From positions 4,064,001-4,128,000 of the forward strand of contig OZ242318.1 in NCBI GenBank assembly GCA_965208105.1: a stretch of 64,000 nt of DNA. Reading direction: 5' to 3'. The position numbers and the translations under genes are program-made. The notes under the pieces are model-generated. The model was not told the origin of the DNA. It saw nothing but the letters and a program-made list of their open reading frames with translations, and searched no databases. Source of the DNA: Candidatus Latescibacterota bacterium (GTDB lineage: Bacteria > Latescibacterota > UBA2968 > UBA8231). Of this stretch, positions 48,981-57,957 are shown piece by piece. Numbering within the stretch: the stretch's first letter is position 1; every line of letters starts with the position of its first letter.

Positions 48981-50042
48981 ATGGTCAAGCGCTTCTCCAC
49001 GGAATATCTCGAAGATCTGATCAGCGCCGTCTTTCAGGGGCACGGATCACCGCCTTCCGAAGCGGCCCTGGTAGCCCGACTGCTGGTCCAGGCCGAGGCA
49101 ATGGGCCTGCCCTCACACGGTCTGTTGCGGGTTCCCCAGTATGTGGGCGACATCGGCCGAGGCCTCATTGTTCCCGGCGCCCCGGCGAAGGTCTCCCGTC
49201 CCTGTCCCACCGCGGTGCAGGTGGACGGGCAGTGGAACTTCGGCCAGGTAGGAGCGACGCGGGCGGTGGAGGGGGCGATAGAGCGGGCCGTGGAGTTGGG
49301 TGTGGGGTGCGCCAGCCTGCGGCGCTGCCGCCACGTGGGGAGGCTGGGGGCCTATACGGAAATGGCCGCGGAGAGGGACTGCCTGGCCCTGGCGACCTGC
49401 AGCACCTCCGGGGAAGGCCACTGGGTGGCTCCGTTCGGAGGTCGGGAGGGGCGTTTGGGCACCAACCCCCTCTCCTTTGCGGCGCCCTCGGGCGGACCTC
49501 CGCTGGTGCTCGATTGCTCCACTTCGGCCCTGCCGGAGGGCAAAGTGCGTTTCTTCCGCGATACGGGACAGGCCTTGCCTCCCGACTCCCTGGTGGACCG
49601 CAACGGAATGGCCAGCACGGACCCGGGAGATCTGTACGGAGCGGATGGCACACCGGCCGGGGCTATCGTGGCCTTCGGAGGACCCCAGGGCTACAAGGGC
49701 TTCGGCCTGAGCTGCATGGCGCAGATCCTCAGCAGCCTGGTGGGGGAGCCCACCTGGCGCGAGGAGGGCGGCGAGTCGTGTGCCAACACCATGTGGATTT
49801 TGGTGGTCCATCTCGGCGCCTGGATGGCCGCGGATAGATTCAGGGAGGAAGTGAACGACATGCTGGCCTATATCCGCTCCTCCGCCCCGGCAGCCGGCAG
49901 TCGGGGAGTGTCGCTGCCAGGTCAGCGGGAATTCGAATCGGAGGCGCGAAGCCGCGAAGAGGGCGTTGCAGTCACGGAAGAGATATGGAGCCAGATCGGG
50001 GCAATGGCCCGGCAGCTGGGCATCGCGGAGGAGGCGGGGTGA
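48981..50042 (+). CDS. Ldh_2 family oxidoreductase (AllD/YbiC/ComC-like)
   Basis: SHGLLRV, DGQWNFGQ, HVGRLG, GTNP and YKGFGL motifs; start trimmed to MVKRF. Confidence 0.88.
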   Translation: MVKRFSTEYLEDLISAVFQGHGSPPSEAALVARLLVQAEAMGLPSHGLLRVPQYVGDIGRGLIVPGAPAKVSRPCPTAVQVDGQWNFGQVGATRAVEGAIERAVELGVGCASLRRCRHVGRLGAYTEMAAERDCLALATCSTSGEGHWVAPFGGREGRLGTNPLSFAAPSGGPPLVLDCSTSALPEGKVRFFRDTGQALPPDSLVDRNGMASTDPGDLYGADGTPAGAIVAFGGPQGYKGFGLSCMAQILSSLVGEPTWREEGGESCANTMWILVVHLGAWMAADRFREEVNDMLAYIRSSAPAAGSRGVSLPGQREFESEARSREEGVAVTEEIWSQIGAMARQLGIAEEAG

Positions 50043-50043
50043 A

Positions 50044-51000
50044 ATGAGCCGCGATACGGTGATGATCGTCGACGCGCACACCCACGTCTTTCCCCGGGTG
50101 GATGGCCGGGTGGTCGGGGGGGCGACGCGCGGATCGGGCTATGGCCGGATTGTGGTGGGCTCGGAAACGCAGCAGTTGTTGCCCCCATACAACCCCGAGA
50201 CGGTCTTCACCCCTGAGATGCTGGTGGCCAATATGGATTGGGCGGGTGTGAATGCGGCGGTGTTGCTCCAGGGGTCATTCTATGGCTCCTGCAACGACTA
50301 CGTCATCGGGGCCCTGGAAAGGTATCCCGACCGCCTGCGGGGATTGGCTTACTTCGATCCCTGGGCATCCGGGGGAGAGGAGCGCTTTGCCATGGTAGCG
50401 GAGCGCCCCGGTTTCTGCGGCCTCAAGCTCGAGTGCTCGGAAGCTACCGGGTTTTGCGGAATCTATCCACACGCCCGCCTCGACGCCGCCGAACTGGAGT
50501 GGCTGTGGCGGGACCTTGAGGAGCGCAAGTGGGTTCTGACCCTCGACCTGGGGGCAGTGGGGTCGCGTTCCTACCAGACTTGGGCGGTGCGCCACATTGC
50601 GGAGACGCACCCCGGCCTCAAGATAGTGGTCGCCCATCTGGGCCAGCCCCGTCCGGAGGCCGAGGCCGAGCCGTCGCTGTGGCGCTTGTGGATGGAGCAG
50701 ATCGAGCTGGGACGGCTGGCCAACGTGTGGTTCGACAGCTCTTCCCTGCCGGCCTACGCGCCGGGCGAGACCTATCCCTTTCCCCGTGCCGGCCGCTATC
50801 TGCGCCTGGCGCTGGAGCGCATCGGTCCGGCGCGCATCATGTGGGGCACTGACCAGCCTGGGCTGCTGAGCCGGGCAAGCTATCCGCAACTGGTGGAGCT
50901 GGCCTGGCGCCACACCGATTTCCTCACCCGGCGCGAGCAGGCCATGATTCTGGGCGGAAATGCGATCCAGGTGTACGGGGAGCCCCACCGCCCCGGCTGA
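50044..51000 (+). CDS. Amidohydrolase_2 family metallo-hydrolase
   Basis: VDAHTHVF, VAHLG, MWGTDQP and ILGGNA motifs. Confidence 0.85.
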   Translation: MSRDTVMIVDAHTHVFPRVDGRVVGGATRGSGYGRIVVGSETQQLLPPYNPETVFTPEMLVANMDWAGVNAAVLLQGSFYGSCNDYVIGALERYPDRLRGLAYFDPWASGGEERFAMVAERPGFCGLKLECSEATGFCGIYPHARLDAAELEWLWRDLEERKWVLTLDLGAVGSRSYQTWAVRHIAETHPGLKIVVAHLGQPRPEAEAEPSLWRLWMEQIELGRLANVWFDSSSLPAYAPGETYPFPRAGRYLRLALERIGPARIMWGTDQPGLLSRASYPQLVELAWRHTDFLTRREQAMILGGNAIQVYGEPHRPG

Positions 51001-51160
51001 AGTCTCGACCGGTGGCAGGCCGATGAGTTCATACTACCCTGCATTCCCGCCAGCGGTCCCGGGCAATTCCTCGATTTTCCAACAGTCGGGCGCGATTCCC
51101 TGCCCGTCAGGCCGGGCGCTTCCGCGCCATCGAGTGATCAGATACCCCTCGGCGGGGACG

Positions 51161-51895
51161 TCAGCTTCCGGAGGAGAACCGATCCCTGGTCCAGGCGGCC
51201 ACCCGGTTCACCATTTCGGCGGTGGCATCGGCGCTGAAGACATGGTCCGCAGCGTCGATGGGGACCAGTTGCTTGGGCTCGTTTGCCGCGGCGAAGATGT
51301 CGCGTGAATCCTGAATGGGGACCACGTCGTCCCGGGTCCCATGGACCAGGAGCCAGGGTGCGGAGATCTTCTCTGCCTGCTTCACCACGGTGTGAATTCC
51401 GGTGAGGTCGTCCATGAAGGATCGGGAGAGGGGACAGTCAGGTTCGTCCCACATGCATCCTTCACCGGGTACTACGTCGCCGAACTCGCGGCCCGCGAAG
51501 GCACCGGTGTGGACCATGCCGGCAAGGGAGACCAGAAAGGAGATGCGGCGGTCCTCGGCGGTGCGAAGGACCCCCACGGCGGCCCCCATGCTGTGGCCGG
51601 CGTAGCAGATGGTATAGCCGTCGAGTGCATCGAGTACGGCGCCCAGATCGCCCACTTCCTTGGATATGTTGGAGGCGGTGAATTCACCTTCCGAGTCGCC
51701 GTTGCCTGAAAAGGAGAATCGCAGGGCGGCAATGCCGGCCCCCGCCAGGCCCCGGGCGAGGGCGACCACGAAAGGACGGTCCTTGTTTCCGGTGACCCCG
51801 TGTCCGAGGAGGACGATGTTGCGGGAATCCTTCTCCCCTTCGTGAAAGCTGTAGTCGAGCCGCTCGCCCTGCCGGTTCCTGATTGCGCCAAACAT
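51161..51895 (-). CDS. Alpha/beta hydrolase
   Basis: GHGVTG, FSGNGDS, GHSMG, HGTRDDVVP and ADHVF motifs; ATG 51895 with AGGAGG RBS. Confidence 0.88.
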   Translation of the reverse strand: MFGAIRNRQGERLDYSFHEGEKDSRNIVLLGHGVTGNKDRPFVVALARGLAGAGIAALRFSFSGNGDSEGEFTASNISKEVGDLGAVLDALDGYTICYAGHSMGAAVGVLRTAEDRRISFLVSLAGMVHTGAFAGREFGDVVPGEGCMWDEPDCPLSRSFMDDLTGIHTVVKQAEKISAPWLLVHGTRDDVVPIQDSRDIFAAANEPKQLVPIDAADHVFSADATAEMVNRVAAWTRDRFSSGS

Positions 51896-52206
51896 TGATG
51901 TCCTCCTGGTTGAATTCAAGGTTGTCGACGGCAAGCCCGGATGCCTGGCCATGGATTGGCTCGGGGGTTTACCCGACCTTGTCCGTGGTCGCCCATCAAC
52001 TCCTGCACCGGAGGTCAGCACCGCCGCAAGGCGGATCCAGGGACTACCCGGGAAACGGGCTGCAGGGGCGGCTGCATGAGGGGGATGGAGGTGGCTGGCG
52101 AAAAGGCGGGATGAGATTCCATCCATGCCGGCACGGCGAAGGGGCGGCCCTCCATCTCGGCGCGTCCCTTCCCTTAATCGACTCGGCCCCGCCCCGAGGG
52201 GGGGAC

Positions 52207-53097
52207 TCAGGCCATCTCGTGTTTTTTTCGCGGCTTGTGTGGCGCCGGTTCCTCGCCGGGATTTTCCCTCGTCTGTCCGTCGTCGTCGAGCAGAGGGCGA
52301 TGGTAGACGTAGGCCGGCTCGAGAACGGCGCGCTGCGCTTCGGAGAGCTCTCCGACCCACTCCGGCAGCCTGGTCTCCACGTAATCCTGGTGGAAGCTGA
52401 GGTACTTGGGGCCGTAGCGGTAAAAGAGGGAGCGACGGTTGTGGTCCGCGGTCCAGGGCAGGGCCCCGTGAATCGTCGCCTCAAGGAAGATCACCATGTC
52501 GCCGGCTTTGCCGGCCACGTTGCGCACCACCTCCTGGTTGGTGTTGTAGAGCATGATGTCTTCGGGGCACTTGAAGTTGGCCTTGTGGCTGCCGGGAATG
52601 ACCGCGATTCCGCCGTCCCCCGGATTGATATCGTGAAGCTGGAACTGGAAGACGGCGAGCCCGGTGCGGATCTGCCCGTTGGCGAAGTGGTAGAACTGGC
52701 CGCCGTCGAAGATTCTGCTGGTGGCCCCGTGCAGGCCGTGGCCTCCGGTGCCCTTCCTGGCGAAGCTGACGAAGGGCAGGTGGTCCAGTCTCCAGCCGCG
52801 TCCGAAGATGGTATTGAGGTAGGGGATGAGCCTGGGATGGGCAAGCAGGTCGCGGAAGGGCTGGCACCAGGGCTGCGGCCAGGTGAGCATGTCGTTGGCG
52901 CCCCCCTTTCCATACTGTCCGTCCATGCCGCCTCCGTAGGGGCTTCCCTCCGGGAAGAACCCTTCCGCCTCCTCGTCCACGTTGGCGTCAACCGCGGCGT
53001 TGAGGGCAGAAACTTCTTCGGGGGAGAGGAAGTTTTCGACGTGCAGGAAGCCCTGCAGGTCGAAGAGGAACTTCTCCCGTTCGCTCATTTCAATCAT
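52207..53097 (-). CDS. Phytanoyl-CoA dioxygenase (PhyH)-family Fe(II)/2OG enzyme, paralogue 2
   Basis: FDLQGFLHVEN, IPGSHK, KAGDMVIF, TIHGALPW and RRSL motifs; ATG 53097 with GAGG RBS. Confidence 0.85.
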   Translation of the reverse strand: MIEMSEREKFLFDLQGFLHVENFLSPEEVSALNAAVDANVDEEAEGFFPEGSPYGGGMDGQYGKGGANDMLTWPQPWCQPFRDLLAHPRLIPYLNTIFGRGWRLDHLPFVSFARKGTGGHGLHGATSRIFDGGQFYHFANGQIRTGLAVFQFQLHDINPGDGGIAVIPGSHKANFKCPEDIMLYNTNQEVVRNVAGKAGDMVIFLEATIHGALPWTADHNRRSLFYRYGPKYLSFHQDYVETRLPEWVGELSEAQRAVLEPAYVYHRPLLDDDGQTRENPGEEPAPHKPRKKHEMA

Positions 53098-53117
53098 GGT
53101 CCTATCCTCGCATTGGT

Positions 53118-53999
53118 CTAGTAGCCGCGCTCCGCCACGGACCGCGGTATGTGGGGTATGGGTTCCTGCATGGGCCGGACCACGGTGACGCCGTCGTCCT
53201 CCAGGAGGGGCCGATCGGTCATGTATGCCGGTTCCAGGGCGGCGCGCTGGGCATCGGTGAGCTCGTCGGCCCAGGGCGGCGGCTGGGTGGTGCAAAGTCC
53301 CAGGCCGGACTGCAGGTACTTCGGGTTGTAGCGGTAGAGCAGTGAGCGCCGGTCGTGGTCCGCCTTCCAGGGCAGTGAGCCGTGGATGGTGGCCTCGAAG
53401 AAGATCACCAGATCGCCGGCTTTGCTGGCCACCTGGCGCACTGCCTGGTGGTCGGCTTCGTAGAGCATGATGTCTTCGGGGCACTTGAAGTTGGCCTTGT
53501 GGCTGCCGGGAATGACCGCAATGCCCCCGTCCCCTGGCTCGATGTCGCGGAGCTGGAACTGAAATACCGTTTGGCCCGCGCGGATTTCGCCGTTGGTGAA
53601 AGTGTAGTAGTAGCTGCCGTTGAAGTGGCGGTTGGTGAAGCCGTGGAGCCCGTGTCCTCCCGATCCCCTGGTCGACACCAACAGACCGGGCCCCGAGTCG
53701 AGGCGCCAGCCGCGTCCGAAGATGGTGTTGAGATAGGGGACCAGCCGGGGATGGGCGATGAGGTCGCGAAAGGGCAGGCAATGGGGCTTCTCCCAGGTCA
53801 GCATGCCGGAAATGCTGCGCCTGCCCCTGGTGCCCAGCATGCCGCCCCCGTACATCTTGGAATCTTCGCTGTACTCGTCCTGGTGGACGTCCACGGCGGC
53901 GTTGAGGGCATCCACTTCCTCGCTGGTGAGGACGTTCTCGACGTGCAGGAAGCCCTGCAGGTCGAGGAGAAACTTCTCGCGCTCGCTTATTTCGATCAT
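53118..53999 (-). CDS. Phytanoyl-CoA dioxygenase (PhyH)-family Fe(II)/2OG enzyme, paralogue 1
   Basis: LDLQGFLHVEN, IPGSHK, KAGDLVIF, TIHGSLPW and RRSL motifs; ATG 53999 with GAGG RBS. Confidence 0.85.
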   Translation of the reverse strand: MIEISEREKFLLDLQGFLHVENVLTSEEVDALNAAVDVHQDEYSEDSKMYGGGMLGTRGRRSISGMLTWEKPHCLPFRDLIAHPRLVPYLNTIFGRGWRLDSGPGLLVSTRGSGGHGLHGFTNRHFNGSYYYTFTNGEIRAGQTVFQFQLRDIEPGDGGIAVIPGSHKANFKCPEDIMLYEADHQAVRQVASKAGDLVIFFEATIHGSLPWKADHDRRSLLYRYNPKYLQSGLGLCTTQPPPWADELTDAQRAALEPAYMTDRPLLEDDGVTVVRPMQEPIPHIPRSVAERGY

Positions 54000-54107
54000 G
54001 GCCTGAACCTCGAGTCTTCCTTCGTGATGGGCAGATTCCGCGCTGCGGCAGCGGTAGAATATATGGCGGTCATGGCGGTTGAACAACAGCGGCCGCCGGG
54101 CCCCCGG

Positions 54108-55184
54108 CTACACGGTCTCTTCCGCGCCGGAGGCCGCCGAGCGATAGGCGGCCTCGAGCAGTTCAATGGCTCGCATCCCTGCCCAGCCCGGCGCCAGGTT
54201 GGCCGCGGTTTTGCCGAGTATCAGGTCGACGAAGTTGTTGGGTGGGCCCGTGCATTCGTAGGCGCCGGCGTCCGCATCGACCGCTGCCACCGCGTGGTTG
54301 CCGTCGTAGCGCCGCAGTTCCATGCGGGCGCGCTCGCAGTCCAGCAGCAGCATTCCCTCGGAGCCGAAAACGCGGATATCGACGTGGAATGGGCGATCGT
54401 AGGGCACGTTGCCGGCGCCGCTGACGGTGCCGATGGACCCGCCGTCGAAGCGCACCGCGATGGCGTCGTAGAGATCGACCCTGGCTCCCGGGCCGCTCAT
54501 CAGGCCGAAGACGCTCGCCGCCCGAAGGCCGGTGAGCCAGAACATCAGGCCGGTGGAATGAGCGGCCTGGGCGTAGCCGTAGCCTCCGCCGGCCATCCCG
54601 GGGTCGGCCCAGGTGGCCGCGCCAGGCTCGAAAAGGGTGTCGCCCGACTGTCCGCCTCCATCTTCCACTTTCATGCCCTCGCCGCTGAGCAGGCTGCGAA
54701 TGGGCGAGGCCATGTGGCAGAGCACGTACTCGATGGCACCCGCGGCGCCCCCGTCCAAAAGCTCCTTGGCCTGCTGGATGAAGGGCTTGTAGTGCCATCC
54801 GTAGGGCACCATCAGGTGGAGGCCCCTGGCCGAGGCCAGACGCACCATTTCGCGGGCGTGTTCGGCCCGGGTGGTCATGGGTTTCTCGCACATGACGTGG
54901 ATGCCCTTGTCCAGAGCGGCCCGGGCGTGGTCGAAATGGAGGGTGTGGGGCGAAGCGACGATCACTCCGTCCAGCTCGCAGTTCTGCAGTAGTTCGCGGT
55001 AGTCCTCGGTGGCGTAGGAAAACCCGAACCTCTCCTTCACCTGGTCGAGTTCCTCTCTTCCAAGGCGGCAAACGGCGACCATTTCCACGTCGTCCCTCTG
55101 GGCGAGCAGGGGCATGTGGTTTGCCGTCGCCCACCAGCCGGCGCCGATGAAGCCCAGGCGGGCCTTTTGGGGTGTAGCGCTCAT
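54108..55184 (-). CDS. Gfo/Idh/MocA family oxidoreductase
   Basis: GFIGAG, SPHTLH and HVMCEKP motifs. Confidence 0.9.
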   Translation of the reverse strand: MSATPQKARLGFIGAGWWATANHMPLLAQRDDVEMVAVCRLGREELDQVKERFGFSYATEDYRELLQNCELDGVIVASPHTLHFDHARAALDKGIHVMCEKPMTTRAEHAREMVRLASARGLHLMVPYGWHYKPFIQQAKELLDGGAAGAIEYVLCHMASPIRSLLSGEGMKVEDGGGQSGDTLFEPGAATWADPGMAGGGYGYAQAAHSTGLMFWLTGLRAASVFGLMSGPGARVDLYDAIAVRFDGGSIGTVSGAGNVPYDRPFHVDIRVFGSEGMLLLDCERARMELRRYDGNHAVAAVDADAGAYECTGPPNNFVDLILGKTAANLAPGWAGMRAIELLEAAYRSAASGAEETV

Positions 55185-55347
55185 CGCTCCATCTCCTTGC
55201 GATTATTTGGTGAACTGCGGTAAAATACGGTATTCCCTCGGGTGGCGAAACAGGTTTGATCGCATTTGACAGAACCAGCCGCAGTTGAGATACTTGGACG
55301 TTTCCTGCCTGAGCTCGGCTGCAACCAGGGTGTCGAAAGGAAGGTCC

Positions 55348-55995
55348 ATGTCCAGGAAGGCTTTGATTGTGCAGGGTGGCTGGGAGGGACACGAGCCCGG
55401 GGAATGCGCCGATTTCTGGGCATCTGTCCTGGCGCAGGAAGGATTCGAGGTCAGAGTCTCCCCGACCATGGACTCCTACAAGGATGCGAAGGCGATGGCG
55501 GCACTCAGTCTCATCGTCCCGGTCTGGACTATGGGCACCATCGAAGCGGACCAGCTTCAGGGGCTGTCCGACGCCGTCGCAGGCGGCGTGGGCATAGCCG
55601 GCTGGCACGGTGGAATGGCCGATTCATTCCGCGACAGTCCGGCCTACCAGTTCCTGGTGGGCGGCCAGTTCATTTCGCACCCCGACGGCATAAAGGATTA
55701 CCAGGTCGACATAGTCATGCGCGACGATCCCATCGTCGCCGGGCTCGAAAACTTTTCGGTTCGCAGCGAGCAGTACTACATGCACGTGGACCCGGGCAAC
55801 GAGGTGCTGGCCACCACCACCTTCAACGCCGAGAGTGCCCCCTGGGTCACCGGCACCGTGATGCCGGTGGCGTGGAAGCGCAGGTGGGGCGAGGGCCGGG
55901 TTTTCTATTCGTCGCTAGGGCATAAGGCCGCCGACTTCGAGGTGGCCGAGGTCAGGGAAATCCAGCGCCGCGGCATGCTTTGGGCGAGCAGGTGA
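55348..55995 (+). CDS. ThuA-domain (class I glutamine amidotransferase-like) protein
   Basis: GGWEGHEP, GWHGG, GGQFISHP, SEQYY and GRVFYSSLGH motifs. Confidence 0.88.
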   Translation: MSRKALIVQGGWEGHEPGECADFWASVLAQEGFEVRVSPTMDSYKDAKAMAALSLIVPVWTMGTIEADQLQGLSDAVAGGVGIAGWHGGMADSFRDSPAYQFLVGGQFISHPDGIKDYQVDIVMRDDPIVAGLENFSVRSEQYYMHVDPGNEVLATTTFNAESAPWVTGTVMPVAWKRRWGEGRVFYSSLGHKAADFEVAEVREIQRRGMLWASR

Positions 55996-56163
55996 CTAGT
56001 GTCCCGTCGCAGAGATAGGTTGATGAAATTGGGCCGCCGAGGCGCCCGGCTCACAAGGCGCCAGAGCGAGTCGTACCGGGGGTGTACGGCGAGTGAAGGC
56101 AACGCCGTGAGCCGGGATGGATCGGCGGAAAAATGGCGACATATTTCTGCGACGGGACATTAG
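55996..56163. mobile_element. 168-bp MITE-like palindromic element, copy 2
   Basis: Terminal inverted repeats CTAGTGTCCCGTCGCAGA / TCTGCGACGGGACATTAG; internal repeats CCCGGCTCAC/GTGAGCCGGG and CCGCCGA/TCGGCGG; starts immediately after the ThuA stop codon. Confidence 0.85.
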
Positions 56164-56164
56164 G

Positions 56165-56350
56165 ATGGGATTGGCAGCCGCCTTCAGACAGGCGCAGGTC
56201 GACCGCCGCGTGAGCCATGCCCTTGGAACCCTGCACCGCAGCCGGCGCGGGATGCCGCGGCGAAGGTGGTTGCTACTGGGCTTCGCGGTGGGTTTGGCAG
56301 CGGCCATGGCGCTGCTTTGGAGCCTGCGGCGGGAGAGGTCACGAGGATGA
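56165..56350 (+). CDS. Possible small single-TM protein (61 aa)
   Basis: Hydrophobic stretch WLLLGFAVGLAAAMALLW flanked by Arg; stop overlaps the next start (ATGA). No family recognised. Confidence 0.3.
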   Translation: MGLAAAFRQAQVDRRVSHALGTLHRSRRGMPRRRWLLLGFAVGLAAAMALLWSLRRERSRG

Positions 56351-57072
56351 AGCGAAAGAGGGTTCTGATCACCGGAGCCGCCGGCAGGATCGGCCGGGTA
56401 TTGCACCAGGGCCTGAAGGGGCGCTACGATCTGCGCCTGCTCTACCACCGGACCGTGCTGCAGGCCTCCGAGGGAGAAGAGGTTTTCCTGGCCAGCATCG
56501 CCGATCTGGAAAAGATGGAGGAGGTGGTGGATGGGGTGGATGCCATCGTCCACATGGCCGGCGACCCTTCCCTCGGAGCTTCCTGGGAATCGGTCCTGGA
56601 GAAGAACATCAAGGGGACCTACAATCTCTACGAGGCTGCGCGCCGCAAGAGGGTGAAGCGCGTGGTCTTTGCAAGCACGAACCACGTCACCGGGTATTAC
56701 GAGCAGGAAGGAATCTACACCACCCCGGACATGCCGGCGCGACCCGACAGCTACTACGGGGCCAGCAAGGCCTTCGGCGAAGACCTGGGGCGCTACTACG
56801 CCGACGCCCATGGCCTGGAGGTGATTTGCCTGCGCATCGGCTCCTTCCAGCCACGGGAGGCGGTGGCGAACCGCAAGAACCAGCGCATCCTGTCGACCTG
56901 GCTCAGCCACCGGGATTGCGTCCAGTTGACCTGGCGCAGCATAGAGGCGGAGGCGGTCAAGTTCGGTGTTTTCTACGGCATATCCGCCAACACCCGGGCC
57001 TATTGGGACATCGAGAACGGACGGCGGCTGCTGGGCTACGAACCGGAGGACGACGCCGAGGAATTAGCCTGA
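56347..57072 (+). CDS. NAD-dependent extended SDR, uronate dehydrogenase-like
   Basis: ITGAAGRIG, ASTNHV, RPDSYYGASK, LRIGSF, STWLS.RD and YGISAN motifs. Confidence 0.8.
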   Translation: MKRKRVLITGAAGRIGRVLHQGLKGRYDLRLLYHRTVLQASEGEEVFLASIADLEKMEEVVDGVDAIVHMAGDPSLGASWESVLEKNIKGTYNLYEAARRKRVKRVVFASTNHVTGYYEQEGIYTTPDMPARPDSYYGASKAFGEDLGRYYADAHGLEVICLRIGSFQPREAVANRKNQRILSTWLSHRDCVQLTWRSIEAEAVKFGVFYGISANTRAYWDIENGRRLLGYEPEDDAEELA

Positions 57073-57186
57073 GTGCAAAGCTGCGTATGCCGGGGGTGCC
57101 CCTGCGCTCCACGGTGCGGGAATTGCGCGTTTCCACGGGTAATTGCAGTTCGACACCACTGAACCTGTTTCAGGAAAGGACCAAGG

Positions 57187-57921
57187 ATGACCGAGCAGGG
57201 ACTCTCACAGGCCGATCTGGATCTGCTGCGTAAATTCGACACGCCCACCATCTGCAACGTCATTGAGGTGTTCGCGCTGCAGCCGCGAAACGTGGGCTAC
57301 ATGGACAGCCGCATCAAGGCCTGCTTTCCGGAGATGCCTCCAATGGTGGGATACGCGGCTACCGCCACCTACCGGGGTGCCGCTCCGGCGCAGGGAGACG
57401 TGTACGCCACCATGGACAGGCAGGTGGCCCGGTTCGGCGAGATTCCCGGTCCCCCGGTGCTGGTCTACCAGGATCTGGACATGCCCTCGGTGGCGGCTAC
57501 CTTCGGCGAGGTGATGTGCTCCGTCTTCCAGGCCTTCGGAGCCGTGGGTCTGGTCACCAGCGGCGCCGCACGCGACCTGGACCAGGTGCGCGGCATCGAC
57601 TTTCCCGCCTTCAGCAACGGGGTTATCTGCTCCCACGGCTACGGCCATGCCGTCGACCTGCACGTTCCCGTCCAGGCAGGGGGGGTCACGGTTCACCCTG
57701 GTGATCTTCTTCACGGCGACTGCAACGGGGTGACCCTCATCCCCCACCAGATCGCCTCGGAGGTGGCTCAGGTCAGCGCCGAATTCGTTGCGGCCGAGGA
57801 GATCGTCCTCGACTACGTCAAGGGTGATTCGCCAACCCCCGAGGGAGTGGCCGCGGCGCGGGCAGAGTACGCCAGCGTGGTGGAGAAGTTGAGCGCGAGA
57901 GTTCAGGCCAAGGGGCGCTGA
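57187..57921 (+). CDS. RraA / HMG-aldolase family protein
   Basis: DTPTICN, GYAAT, FGEVM, GAARD and PGDLLHGDCNGV motifs. Confidence 0.88.
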   Translation: MTEQGLSQADLDLLRKFDTPTICNVIEVFALQPRNVGYMDSRIKACFPEMPPMVGYAATATYRGAAPAQGDVYATMDRQVARFGEIPGPPVLVYQDLDMPSVAATFGEVMCSVFQAFGAVGLVTSGAARDLDQVRGIDFPAFSNGVICSHGYGHAVDLHVPVQAGGVTVHPGDLLHGDCNGVTLIPHQIASEVAQVSAEFVAAEEIVLDYVKGDSPTPEGVAAARAEYASVVEKLSARVQAKGR

Positions 57922-57957
57922 GCCCGCAAGCGGAGCTCTATCCCGCCCATCCAACCG

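Noticed and set aside
52207-53781. 524-aa ORF suggesting one fused PhyH protein
   Set aside because: Its N-terminal part is an off-frame read of paralogue 1; paralogue 2 has its own ATG (53097) and RBS.
53382-55608. 536-aa and 481-aa ORFs overlapping the PhyH and Gfo/Idh/MocA genes
   Set aside because: Antisense or alternative-frame shadows with Arg/Pro/Gly-rich low-information sequence.
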